Source: Acidobacteriota bacterium
Lineage (GTDB): Bacteria; Acidobacteriota; UBA6911; RPQK01; JAJDTT01
Length of the DNA stretch: 64,000 nucleotides
Direction: 5' to 3'
Assembly (NCBI GenBank): GCA_965263035.1
Contig: OZ253580.1
Span: 192,001-256,000 of the forward strand
Under the pieces are notes generated by a model. The model was not told the DNA's origin. It ran no database searches and saw only the letters and a program-made list of their open reading frames with translations. How positions within the stretch are numbered: position 1 is the stretch's first letter; the number at the start of each line of letters is the position of its first letter. Positions 1 to 8,618 of this stretch are shown in pieces. Both the position numbers and the translations under genes were made by a program.

Positions 1-876
1 GTTCAGACGCGGTGAGAGCACGGCGCTGGTCACCGAACCGATGGCCTTGCCTTCGGGACTCAGGACCCGAGCTCCCGGCTCCGGAGGCACTTCTCCATCC
101 AGGACCAAGCCCATGAGAAACCTTCCGACGCCTCCGATGTGGGTGGCCTTGGCCACGACCTCCTGCCCCAGATAGCATCCCTTGGTCAGGCTGATGGCCG
201 AGTCCAGCCGGGCCTCCATAGGGTAGTTGCCCTCGTCCATGTCCACGCCGAATTGCGGAATGGCGGCCTCGATTCGAAGCAGATTCCAGACCTCGGGATC
301 CAGCCTCCGGACGGGAAACGATCCATTCCACTCCGACAAGGCTCGGCTCATGGAGGAACCGGTCTTCCGCGGCACCAGAATTTCGCAGCCTGCCGCCCCG
401 ATGTCCGATTTGTGGATCAACAAGGCGGAGTCTCCGTCCCAATCCGTCTCCACGACATGAAGAGGCCGGGCCGGGATCTCGGCTGGAAGCAGCGCCCGGA
501 CCAGATCTCCTGTCCTCGGACCCTGGAGTGAGAAGTGGCTGAATTGGTCGCTGAGCGACAGCTCCACCTCGTCCATGATGACGTAGGCCTCCAGCGCCTT
601 CCGGGTCCGCTCGGCCAGGGACGACTCCAGGTCCATAAGGACCATTTGGGGCAGCCGGTAGTAGTAGAAGTCCGCAACCATCTTGCCGCGGGCGGTCAAG
701 AAGGTCCCATACCGGCCCTGGTAGTCCTCCAGGCCCTCGACGTCGTTGCTGATCATGGAATGGAGGAATCGGATCCGGTCCGCTCCGGTCACCCGAAGTT
801 GGCCCCGGCGGGACAGGTGCCGCCATCCGACGCCGGTACTGACTGATTGGTACTGTTTCCGACTTTCAGGATTCAT
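1..876 (-). CDS. ygfZ: YgfZ/GcvT-family folate-binding aminomethyltransferase-like protein (3' end runs off window)
   Basis: Manual translation from ATG 876: MNPESRKQY...RGQLRVTGADRIRFLHSMISND...GTFLTARGKM...; contains the YgfZ signature KGCYLGQE. Absent from the ORF track because no stop lies in the window. Confidence 0.85.
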   Translation of the reverse strand, partial: MNPESRKQYQSVSTGVGWRHLSRRGQLRVTGADRIRFLHSMISNDVEGLEDYQGRYGTFLTARGKMVADFYYYRLPQMVLMDLESSLAERTRKALEAYVIMDEVELSLSDQFSHFSLQGPRTGDLVRALLPAEIPARPLHVVETDWDGDSALLIHKSDIGAAGCEILVPRKTGSSMSRALSEWNGSFPVRRLDPEVWNLLRIEAAIPQFGVDMDEGNYPMEARLDSAISLTKGCYLGQEVVAKATHIGGVGRFLMGLVLDGEVPPEPGARVLSPEGKAIGSVTSAVLSPRLN

Positions 877-960
877 TTGCAGTCGAAGTCGGGAATGCGC
901 CGAGGGATCCGCCCACATCCGGAGCCGTCCGCGCTTGGGCCATCACGGCGCCTTCGATGG

Positions 961-1671
961 CTAAAGCGTCTCGCCAGGGCTCATGGCGAAGACCTCGGTC
1001 CCCAGATCCCGGGTCAGACGGGCCAACTCTGCCGGGGTGCCGGTGAGGATGGGAAAGGTCCCGTAGTGCATGGGAATCACCTTCCGGGCGTTCATCAGCC
1101 GGCAGGCATAGGCCGCCTCCACGGGACCCATGGTGAAGTGGTCTCCGATAGGCAGGAAGATCAGCTCGGGCTGGTAGATCTCGGCGATGATCTTCATGTC
1201 GCCGAAGACACAGGTGTCGCCGGCGAAATAGATGCGCAGGCCGTTCTCGAACTCCACGACGTACCCGGCGGGCTCTCCGCCCTCGATCATGTTGCCGTCG
1301 GCACCCATGATCCCGGAACTGTGCCGTGCGTCCACCATGGTGACCCGAAGATCCCCCACGGTCACGGTTCCGCCCTTGTTCATGGCCACAATGTTGGAGA
1401 CCCCCTGCTTTTCCAGCCAGTTCCCAATTTCCAAGATGCAGACGACCTGGGGCTCCAGCCGTGTGGCCAAGCTGACGGCATCCTGAATATGATCGAAATG
1501 CCCGTGGGTCACCAAGATGACGTCCAGCGAGTCGATCTGTGCCGCCTCCTTGGGACAGGCCGGGTTGTGATCGGTCCAGGGATCGATCAGCACCTTCCGT
1601 CCGGACGGTGACGTGAACAGGAACGTACTGTGACCCAGATATTGGATCTCGACTCCGCGACCGATACCCAT
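961..1671 (-). CDS. Metal-dependent hydrolase, metallo-beta-lactamase fold (UPF0173-like)
   Basis: LGHS, IDPW, THGHFDH, YFAGDT, PMHYGTF motifs; ATG 1671 preceded by TAAGGAGG RBS. Confidence 0.9.
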   Translation of the reverse strand: MGIGRGVEIQYLGHSTFLFTSPSGRKVLIDPWTDHNPACPKEAAQIDSLDVILVTHGHFDHIQDAVSLATRLEPQVVCILEIGNWLEKQGVSNIVAMNKGGTVTVGDLRVTMVDARHSSGIMGADGNMIEGGEPAGYVVEFENGLRIYFAGDTCVFGDMKIIAEIYQPELIFLPIGDHFTMGPVEAAYACRLMNARKVIPMHYGTFPILTGTPAELARLTRDLGTEVFAMSPGETL

Positions 1672-1876
1672 GGCGCCCTCCTTAGGGGGCACAATATACT
1701 CGCCCCGGAGAATCGAGTAAACTCGCCCCGCTGGTGAGAGTCCCGCGTGACACCGAAACCGGGAATGCACGCCGGACATGGCGCGGCGACTCAATCGCAA
1801 CCCGGTGCGGTTGCCCTTCTCGTTCGATCGCCCCTGGCTGCCTGCTCGCCACGGCGGTTCACATGTGACGTCAGGA

Positions 1877-2233
1877 ATGGATAGCCTACGTCTACAAGAC
1901 ATCGAGTGCCGGTCCCGCATCGGAGTGACCCCCGAGGAGCGGGCGCGGCCCCAATCGATCCGGGTCGACCTGGATCTGAGCCTGGACCTGGAAGCGGCCG
2001 GCAATAGCGACGCCATCGATCTGACGGTGGACTACGTGACGGTCGTGGACCGGGTGCAGGCCATCGCTGCCGAGAGGGAGTACCGTCTGGTGGAGGCGCT
2101 GGTCCGGACCCTCTGCCGGCGTCTGCTGGAGGAGAACCCTATTTTTCGAGTTCAGGTGACGGTCAGGAAACGACCTGAAGAACTGAAGGCGAAACTGAGG
2201 GAAGTGGCCGTGACCATGGTCCGGCCCGCTTGA
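1877..2233 (+). CDS. folB: Dihydroneopterin aldolase
   Basis: IGVTPEER..Q, TVDY, YRLVEAL, VTVRK motifs; start trimmed to ATG 1877. Confidence 0.85.
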   Translation: MDSLRLQDIECRSRIGVTPEERARPQSIRVDLDLSLDLEAAGNSDAIDLTVDYVTVVDRVQAIAAEREYRLVEALVRTLCRRLLEENPIFRVQVTVRKRPEELKAKLREVAVTMVRPA

Positions 2234-2293
2234 TCTTCCGACCGGCGGCTCGCGATCAGAAGCGCCAGTCGGGTCCGGAGGCGGCCCGGCGGG

Positions 2294-2620
2294 TCAGATG
2301 CCGAAGGACTGGCCGCAGCTACAGGTTCGGCTGGCGTTGGGATTCACGAAGGTGAACCCCTGCTGCATCATTGATCCGCGCCAGTCCAGTCCCATGCCCT
2401 TGAGGAACAGATAGCTCTTCATGTCCACAAAGACCTGCACGCCGTAGTCCTCGAAGATCCGGTCGCCCGGTCTCTTCTCCTCCTCGAATCGCATGACGTA
2501 GCTCAGTCCGGAACATCCCCCTCCGCGGACTCCCAGGCGAAGTCCACCTCGGATGAGCCCCTCCTGTTGAAGGCCCTGCTTGATCTTCTCTGCCGCTGCC
2601 TCTGTGATGCTGATGGACAT
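2294..2620 (-). CDS. iscA: A-type Fe-S cluster carrier (IscA/ErpA/HesB family)
   Basis: GGGCSGLSY and C-terminal CSCGQSF. Confidence 0.9.
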   Translation of the reverse strand: MSISITEAAAEKIKQGLQQEGLIRGGLRLGVRGGGCSGLSYVMRFEEEKRPGDRIFEDYGVQVFVDMKSYLFLKGMGLDWRGSMMQQGFTFVNPNASRTCSCGQSFGI

Positions 2621-2648
2621 GTCCTGCCGGTGCTCCCGCTTCGTCTAG

Positions 2649-2806
2649 TAGTCCGTGGTGAAAGTCCCGCGAGCACCGAGACCGTTCCTGCGCCCGCCGG
2701 ACCAGGCGCGATGAGGGAGCATACCGGGAGTATGTGACCGAGTCGCAACGCAGTCCGCCGGGATGCAGGGACGGTCGAATGCCGTGACGACTTTCACCAC
2801 GGACTA
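2649..2806. mobile_element. MITE family A, copy 1 (158 bp)
   Basis: Perfect 18-bp TIR TAGTCCGTGGTGAAAGTC/GACTTTCACCACGGACTA; flanks CTAG/CTAT; near-identical to 13332-13489 and 53919-54078. Confidence 0.9.
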
Positions 2807-2821
2807 CTATACTACCATCCA

Positions 2822-3433
2822 ATGCTGAACCGGGTCGCCTCCGTGATTCTGGCCGCAGGCGACTCCCGCCGTATGGGGCGCCCCAAGGCCTTGGTGCCAC
2901 TGGGAGGCAAAGCCTTTCTGCAACACATTCTCGACCGCCACCTGACCCTCGGGTCGGACTCCTGGGTGGTGCTGGGACGGCAGCATCGCCAGATCCGGAG
3001 CCGGCTGGACCTGACGGGAGCGCAGGTCCTGGTCAACCCGGAACCGGATCGGGGTCCTCTCTCCAGCCTCCTTCTGGTTCTGGAGAGACTCGACGGCTAC
3101 GACGGCGTGCTGGTGCATCCGGTGGACCACCCCCTCGTGGCCACGTCCACCCTTCATGCCCTTCTCCGAGAACATTTTCGGTGTCCCGCCTGCATCCTGA
3201 TTCCCCGGCACCGCGGGAAAAAGGGACACCCGGTGCTCTTTCCGCACCGGTTCTTTGCCGAGTTGAAGCAAGCCCCGTTGAACCAGGGGGCGCGCTGGGT
3301 GGTCAGGCACCGATTGAGCTCCCAGTTGCTGGTGCCCGTGGTGGACGCGGGCGTGGTGACCAACGTCAACCTGCCGGAGCAGGTGGATCGCCTCCGGCGA
3401 GCCGGACACGGCGTGGGTTATCCGACGGTTTAA
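2822..3433 (+). CDS. MocA/MobA-like nucleotidyltransferase
   Basis: ILAAGDSRRMGRPKAL, PVDHP, GHPVLF motifs. Confidence 0.85.
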   Translation: MLNRVASVILAAGDSRRMGRPKALVPLGGKAFLQHILDRHLTLGSDSWVVLGRQHRQIRSRLDLTGAQVLVNPEPDRGPLSSLLLVLERLDGYDGVLVHPVDHPLVATSTLHALLREHFRCPACILIPRHRGKKGHPVLFPHRFFAELKQAPLNQGARWVVRHRLSSQLLVPVVDAGVVTNVNLPEQVDRLRRAGHGVGYPTV

Positions 3434-4857
3434 TACGCCGGGACCGAAGGATCCACGTCCTGGGCCCAGGCCAGGATTCCGCCCTCCAGGTTCCGAACCT
3501 TCCGGAAACCGGCCTGACGCAAAAGTTGAACGGCCTGTGCGCTCCGGGCGCCTGATCGGCACTGGGCCACGATCTCCCGGGAGGTGTCCAGTTCGTTCAG
3601 CCGGTTGAGCAGATCGCCCAAGGGGATCAGGTGGGCCCCGTCGATTCGGCAGATCTCGTATTCGGGCGGGTTGCGCACGTCCAGAATGAAGACGTCGTCA
3701 CCCCGGTCCAATTCCTGCTTCAACTCCACCGCCGTCACTTCCTCCACCGATGTGGCCGACTCGGGCTCGATGCCGCAGAACTGTTCGTAGTCGATGAGCT
3801 CGTGCAAGGTGGGTTCGTCCCCGCAGACGGGGCATTCCGGATCTCTACGCAGCTTCAGCTCCCGGAACTTCATGCCCAAGGCGTCGAAAAGGAGCAGGCG
3901 GCCCATCAGGGGATCGCCCTGCTCCAAGATCAGCTTCACGACTTCGGTCGCCTGAATGATCCCCACGAGTCCCGGAAGAATCCCCAGGACTCCCCCCTCG
4001 GCGCAGGAGGGCACCAGGCCCGGGGGTGGCGGCTCCGGGTAGAGGCAGCGATAGCAGGGTCCGTCCGGGAGAGCGAAGACCGAGGCCTGACCCTCGAACC
4101 TGAAGATGCTGGCGTAGACGTTCGGTTTTCCGCTCAGCACACAGGCGTCATTGACCAGATATCGGGTGGGAAAGTTGTCGGTTCCGTCGGCCACGACGTC
4201 GTAGTACCGGAACAGGCCGAGCGCGTTCTCGGAACTGAGGCGTAGCTGGTGGGTCTCCACCTGGACGTGGGGGTTGATCTGAGCCAGAGTCTCTTGTGCC
4301 GACACTAGCTTGGGCCGTCCCACGTCGCTGGTTCCATGGAGAATCTGCCGCTGCAGATTGCTCTCGTCCACCACGTCGAAATCCACGAGACCGAGGCGGC
4401 CGACTCCGGCCGCCGCCAGGTACATGGCCAGGGGTGACCCCAGACCGCCTGCGCCGATGCACAGGACGCTGGCCTGCTTCAGCTTCCGCTGTCCCTCCAG
4501 GCCCACCTCGGGCATGATCAGGTGACGGCTGTACCGCCGAATCTCGTCGTGGGTGAGCTGGCCGGGCGGCGTGGCAACTACGCTGCCACCGGCGATGGAG
4601 GGCACGATGCTCACCGTATCGCCGTCGCTGACGGCCGTGTCTTCCCTCTGCAGGTATCGAATGTCTTCGTCGTTCAGGTAAACGTTGACGAAGTTCCTCA
4701 GACGGCCCTGAGGGGTATAGAGGTGCTTGCGAAGCGTACCGTGTTGCTCGGTGAGGCTCTGCAGAACCTCCCGTATGGTGGCTCCCTCCAACTCCAAAGA
4801 CTCCCGGTTGCCCACATGAGGCCTCAGGGGAGTGGGAATGAACACCTTGACAGCCAT
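3430..4857 (-). CDS. moeB: ThiS/MoaD (ubiquitin-like)-MoeB (E1-like)-rhodanese fusion
   Basis: N-terminal beta-grasp ending SIAGG; RYSRH, GAGGLG, SNLQRQ, CYRC/CPVC Zn motifs; C-terminal CRSGARS rhodanese loop. Confidence 0.92.
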   Translation of the reverse strand: MAVKVFIPTPLRPHVGNRESLELEGATIREVLQSLTEQHGTLRKHLYTPQGRLRNFVNVYLNDEDIRYLQREDTAVSDGDTVSIVPSIAGGSVVATPPGQLTHDEIRRYSRHLIMPEVGLEGQRKLKQASVLCIGAGGLGSPLAMYLAAAGVGRLGLVDFDVVDESNLQRQILHGTSDVGRPKLVSAQETLAQINPHVQVETHQLRLSSENALGLFRYYDVVADGTDNFPTRYLVNDACVLSGKPNVYASIFRFEGQASVFALPDGPCYRCLYPEPPPPGLVPSCAEGGVLGILPGLVGIIQATEVVKLILEQGDPLMGRLLLFDALGMKFRELKLRRDPECPVCGDEPTLHELIDYEQFCGIEPESATSVEEVTAVELKQELDRGDDVFILDVRNPPEYEICRIDGAHLIPLGDLLNRLNELDTSREIVAQCRSGARSAQAVQLLRQAGFRKVRNLEGGILAWAQDVDPSVPAY

Positions 4858-4888
4858 GGCTTTCCTCCTAGTCGGAAACGAACAGATC

Positions 4889-5323
4889 TTAATCTCCCTG
4901 GGGTTCCAATTTCCATTCTTCCGGCTCGAAGCCGGAACGGTCTTCCATCAAGAGCCAGGATAATATTTCCGCCGTCTTACCCTGGCGCACCGACGCGATC
5001 AGGTACGAGTACCAGGGCCAAGCATGGTCCCGATCATATTCGGACGGGCGGGCCGGGACGTCCGGGTGACTGTGAAAATAACCCAGAATCTCCAACTCGC
5101 CTCCCCGCAGTCGCTTATACCACTCCAGCAGAAACTCGGGGGCGATCAGGTATCGATTGGCAGCACTGTCGCTTCTCTGGTTCTGAGCCTCCACCACCCG
5201 GGAAACCCGCTTGAACCCGTCGCCCGCCGAACCGACCAGGAGTCCGCAGCACTCGTGAGGATAGGTCTTCTCGGCAATAGTCTTGATGCGCCCCAGGTCC
5301 TCCGGTTTCAAATAGAGCATCAA
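4889..5323 (-). CDS. JAB/Mov34 (M67) metallopeptidase, Mec-like
   Basis: PHECCG and YFHSHPD...PS..D JAMM motif. Confidence 0.9.
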   Translation of the reverse strand: MMLYLKPEDLGRIKTIAEKTYPHECCGLLVGSAGDGFKRVSRVVEAQNQRSDSAANRYLIAPEFLLEWYKRLRGGELEILGYFHSHPDVPARPSEYDRDHAWPWYSYLIASVRQGKTAEILSWLLMEDRSGFEPEEWKLEPQGD

Positions 5324-6243
5324 GCACTCTCCCAGAACGCCTCTGAGAGGTATTTGTCTCCCGCATCCGGGAATATGGCTACGATGACGCCGTGATCCAG
5401 GTTGCGGGCGACCTCGAGCGCCCCAGCCATGGCCGCTCCCGCGGAGATCCCCGCGAAGATACCCTCCTCCCGGGCCAACCTCAGGACCATCTGCTGTCCT
5501 GCTTCGGTGGATATCTCCATATTCAGGTCGGCCAGATTTGGATCGTAGATGGAGGGGACCAGCGCCGTGGGCATGTGCTTGAGACCCTCCAGGCCGTGGA
5601 AGGGAGAATCGGGCATGAAGGAGATGGCCTGAATCCGCGGATTCAGCTCCTTGAGCCGGCGGGTCGATCCGACGAAGGTTCCACTCGTTCCCAGACCCGC
5701 CACGAAGTGGGTGATCCCGCCGTTCGTCTGCCGGTAGATCTCCAATGCCGTGGTCTCGTAGTGGGCCCTCCAGTTGGCGTCATTGCTGTACTGGTCCGGG
5801 TAGAAATACTCTTCCGGAGACTCCTGGTAGAGGCGGCGGATCTCCCGGATAGACCCGTCGGAACCCTCCAGCGGATCGGTCAGGCGAATCTTGGCCCCAT
5901 AGGCCCGCAGAATCTTCTTCCGTTCGATGCTGGCGTTGGCGGGCAGGGCCAACAGGACATCGTAACCCCGGGCGGCTGCGATCATGGCGTAGGCAATCCC
6001 GGTGTTGCCGCTGGTGGAATCGATGAGCGTGCGCCCCGGCCGCAGCAACCCCCGCTCCTCCGCCGTCCGGATCATGTTGTAGGCGGCCCGGTCCTTGACC
6101 GATCCACCGGGGTTGAATCCCTCCAGCTTCGCCAGGATGCGGACCCGGCCCGGCGGCAGAATCCTCCGGATCTCAACCAGCGGCGTGTTGCCAATCCGAC
6201 TCAGCAGACTCTCTTTCGGCTCGACTGCCAACTCGACTTCCAT
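5320..6243 (-). CDS. cysM: PLP-dependent cysteine synthase (CysM-like)
   Basis: KLEGFNPGGSVKDR, TSGNTG, GLGTSGT. Confidence 0.85.
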   Translation of the reverse strand: MEVELAVEPKESLLSRIGNTPLVEIRRILPPGRVRILAKLEGFNPGGSVKDRAAYNMIRTAEERGLLRPGRTLIDSTSGNTGIAYAMIAAARGYDVLLALPANASIERKKILRAYGAKIRLTDPLEGSDGSIREIRRLYQESPEEYFYPDQYSNDANWRAHYETTALEIYRQTNGGITHFVAGLGTSGTFVGSTRRLKELNPRIQAISFMPDSPFHGLEGLKHMPTALVPSIYDPNLADLNMEISTEAGQQMVLRLAREEGIFAGISAGAAMAGALEVARNLDHGVIVAIFPDAGDKYLSEAFWESA

Positions 6244-6261
6244 GAGTCCCGTACACGCTCC

Positions 6262-6678
6262 TCAGATATGGTAAACCAGAACCCGGTCATCCCGGATCTT
6301 GCGGCGAACCAGATCCTCGATGGAGATGGATCCGAGTTTTTCCACGAACTCCCGCTCGATCTCTTGCCAGACTTTGTACAGGACGCAACTTGGCTTCACT
6401 CTGGAATCCAGCAGAGTGACGTCTCCCTCCACCGCCTCCAGAATCCGCGCCAGACTGATCTCCCTCGCCGGACAGGCCAAACTGTATCCCCCCGCGGCTC
6501 CGCGGACACTCTCGACCATGCCCGCTTTCTTGAGCTGAATCAGAATCTGCTCCAGGAACCTCAACGGAATTTCCTGACTCCCGGCCAGCTCGCGGGCCTG
6601 CACGCGAGTGGTTGCGGGGTGCAGCGCCAGTTCGAAGATGGCCAGGATGGCGTAGTCGGCTCGCGCAGTGATCTTCAT
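6262..6678 (-). CDS. Rrf2-family transcriptional regulator (CymR-like, lacks the three-Cys Fe-S motif)
   Basis: MKIT..ADYA, LEQILIQLKKAG.V.SVRG..GGY; does not show the clustered C-terminal three-Cys Fe-S motif. Confidence 0.9.
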   Translation of the reverse strand: MKITARADYAILAIFELALHPATTRVQARELAGSQEIPLRFLEQILIQLKKAGMVESVRGAAGGYSLACPAREISLARILEAVEGDVTLLDSRVKPSCVLYKVWQEIEREFVEKLGSISIEDLVRRKIRDDRVLVYHI

Positions 6679-6690
6679 TGAATCTCCACA

Positions 6691-6713
6691 ATCCCTACCG
6701 ATTTAGTCAACTT
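6691..6713 (-). promoter_or_regulatory. Putative Rrf2 operator
   Basis: Minus-strand AAGTTGACTAAATCGGTAGGGAT, resembling IscR/CymR-type boxes, lies between the promoter and the RBS of the Rrf2 gene. Confidence 0.55.
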
Positions 6714-6721
6714 TCGCCGGC

Positions 6722-6751
6722 ATTATGAGATTGCCTGAGAGATGATGTCAA
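6722..6751 (-). promoter_or_regulatory. Sigma70-type promoter of the Rrf2-cysM-JAB-moeB operon
   Basis: TTGACA (6751-6746), 18-nt spacer, CATAAT (6727-6722). Confidence 0.7.
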
Positions 6752-6779
6752 GAATCTGCCGGGTGGTGAGGACCTCCCG

Positions 6780-7619
6780 TCAACAGGTCACGAACTCGAC
6801 GTCCGGCCGGTGGGGAATCAGGCCGGCGGAGTAACCGCGGTCCAGGAAGAGGCGGACCGCCCGGCGCCCTTCCTCGCCATAGCTCAGGGTGCGCTGGTTG
6901 ACGTACATCCCGACGAACTGGTCGCCCTGGCGCCGGCCCAGCCCCCTGCCAAAACTCAGAGCATAGTCCAGGGCCTCGTCCCGATGTTCCAGGGCATAGC
7001 GGATGCTTTCCTTCAAGAGCCGGCTGACCTGATGGATCCGTTCGCTTCCCAGATCCCTTCGGATCACGTTCCCCCCCAGAGGAAGGGGAAGGCCGGTACT
7101 CTGGTTCCACCATCGGCCCAGGTCCACGACGCAGTGCAATCCCAGACTTTCGTAAAGCAGTTGGCCCTCGTGGATGATCAGACCCGCATCCACGTCTCCG
7201 GCCTGAACGGCGGGGATGATCTGGTCGAAGTCGATCACCCGGTATCGGAGATTGGGCTCCAACAGCTTCAGGGCCAGCAGGGCGGAGGTTTTCTCGCCCG
7301 GCACCGCCACCAGCAGCGAGGAGATCTCTTCCACCCCGAACGGTTTCCGCGCGACCAGAACCGGCCCATAGCCTTCCCCCATGCTGGCGCCGCTGTCCAG
7401 CAGGGCATAGCGATCGGCGAGATAGGCATAGGCATGGATGCTCACAGCCGTCACCTCGTATCGGCCCTCCTCGGCATCTTGATTCAGGCTCTCGATGTCA
7501 TTGAGTTCGTGCACGAATTGGAGTCCACTCGTGTCCATGGCGCCGGTGGCCAACGCGTAGAACATGAAGGCATCGTCGCTGTCGGGACTGTGAGCTACAT
7601 GAATAACCTGATCTGTCAC
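6780..7619 (-). CDS. mqnD: Menaquinone futalosine-pathway protein, MqnA/MqnD family (likely MqnD)
   Basis: AHSPDSDDAFMFYAL, IIHEGQ, LPLPLGG, MYVN motifs; GTG start 7619. Confidence 0.75.
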   Translation of the reverse strand: MTDQVIHVAHSPDSDDAFMFYALATGAMDTSGLQFVHELNDIESLNQDAEEGRYEVTAVSIHAYAYLADRYALLDSGASMGEGYGPVLVARKPFGVEEISSLLVAVPGEKTSALLALKLLEPNLRYRVIDFDQIIPAVQAGDVDAGLIIHEGQLLYESLGLHCVVDLGRWWNQSTGLPLPLGGNVIRRDLGSERIHQVSRLLKESIRYALEHRDEALDYALSFGRGLGRRQGDQFVGMYVNQRTLSYGEEGRRAVRLFLDRGYSAGLIPHRPDVEFVTC

Positions 7620-7677
7620 TGAGGATCTCCTGTTCCGCCGGCCGTTCGGCCCAGCCCGGCACCGTCGAGAGGCCGCA

Positions 7678-8400
7678 CTATAGCAAAAATGAAATGATGT
7701 CCTGCAAGTCCTCCACGCGGTGCTCGGCGCGGCCCGCCCAACGTCGTTCGGGATCGTAAAGAAGAGCGTGCAGACCCGCCGCCCGTCCCGCGTCGTAGTC
7801 CTCCGCCGGATGGTCTCCCACATGGAGGCACCGGCCCGGGACGGACCCGGCCTGCCGGACCACCATCCGGAACATCGCTTCCTCAGGTTTGGCATGAGGT
7901 GACTCGGAGGAAACTGAAACCAGCTCGAAGAATCGCCGGATTTCCAACGCCTTCAGGACAGAGTCGATCCGGCTGTCGAAGTTGGAGACGATACCCAGGT
8001 TTCGCCCCTGGAGCTTGAGGCGGCCCAGGATCCGCCGGCATCCTGGCTCCAGTTCCCAGGCAGCGTCCGTGGCGAAGAGATCGAAGACCGATTCGAAGAA
8101 ACTGTCGAACCGGGGGAATGGCCCCAGGTCCCGGAAGGTTTCGCGAACCACCTCCCTCCACCACTCCTTCTGGGTGGTTTCTCCGGATCTCTCGGCCAGG
8201 GGAGACGCCGTCTGAACCTTCCGAAAGGCTCGCTTGAAGGCACGGTCGATGCGGCCGGTCCCGGCCCGATCCCGGGCGTCCCGGAAGCCGTGGCGGGACG
8301 CTTCCCGGCCGTAGATTTCCCCGACCGAACCGCGGACCCGAAACAGGGTTCCCACCGCGTCGAAGAACACCCATTGTATCTTCCAGGGTGGACCCATCAT
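7678..8400 (-). CDS. HAD-superfamily hydrolase
   Basis: FFDAVGTL, VSNFD, KP, HVGD...D motifs. Confidence 0.9.
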   Translation of the reverse strand: MMGPPWKIQWVFFDAVGTLFRVRGSVGEIYGREASRHGFRDARDRAGTGRIDRAFKRAFRKVQTASPLAERSGETTQKEWWREVVRETFRDLGPFPRFDSFFESVFDLFATDAAWELEPGCRRILGRLKLQGRNLGIVSNFDSRIDSVLKALEIRRFFELVSVSSESPHAKPEEAMFRMVVRQAGSVPGRCLHVGDHPAEDYDAGRAAGLHALLYDPERRWAGRAEHRVEDLQDIISFLL

Positions 8401-8453
8401 TTCCAGCCGGGAGCGGTAGTTGCTTCGGAGTTGTTGCCTGTTCTGACTACTAG

Positions 8454-8612
8454 GAGTCTGCGCGGTAGAAATGATCGTAGCGAGAAAGTGGGGAATCGAG
8501 GCCGGATTTTCTCGATTTTGAGGTGCATAGTTGTTCTATTCGCCGAGAAATCGAGGAAATATGGACCGATTCTACCGCTTTCGCAGTAGATCAATTTCTG
8601 CGGCGCAGGCTC
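8454..8612. mobile_element. MITE family B (159 bp), non-autonomous element with the ends of the IS1182 element
   Basis: TIRs GAGTCTGCGCGGTAGAAAT / ATTTCTGCGGCGCAGGCTC; CTAG duplication at 8450-8453 and 8613-8616; left TIR matches an end of the IS at 11087-12685 at 17/18 nt; whole element is an imperfect palindrome. Confidence 0.88.
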
Positions 8613-8618
8613 CTAGCC

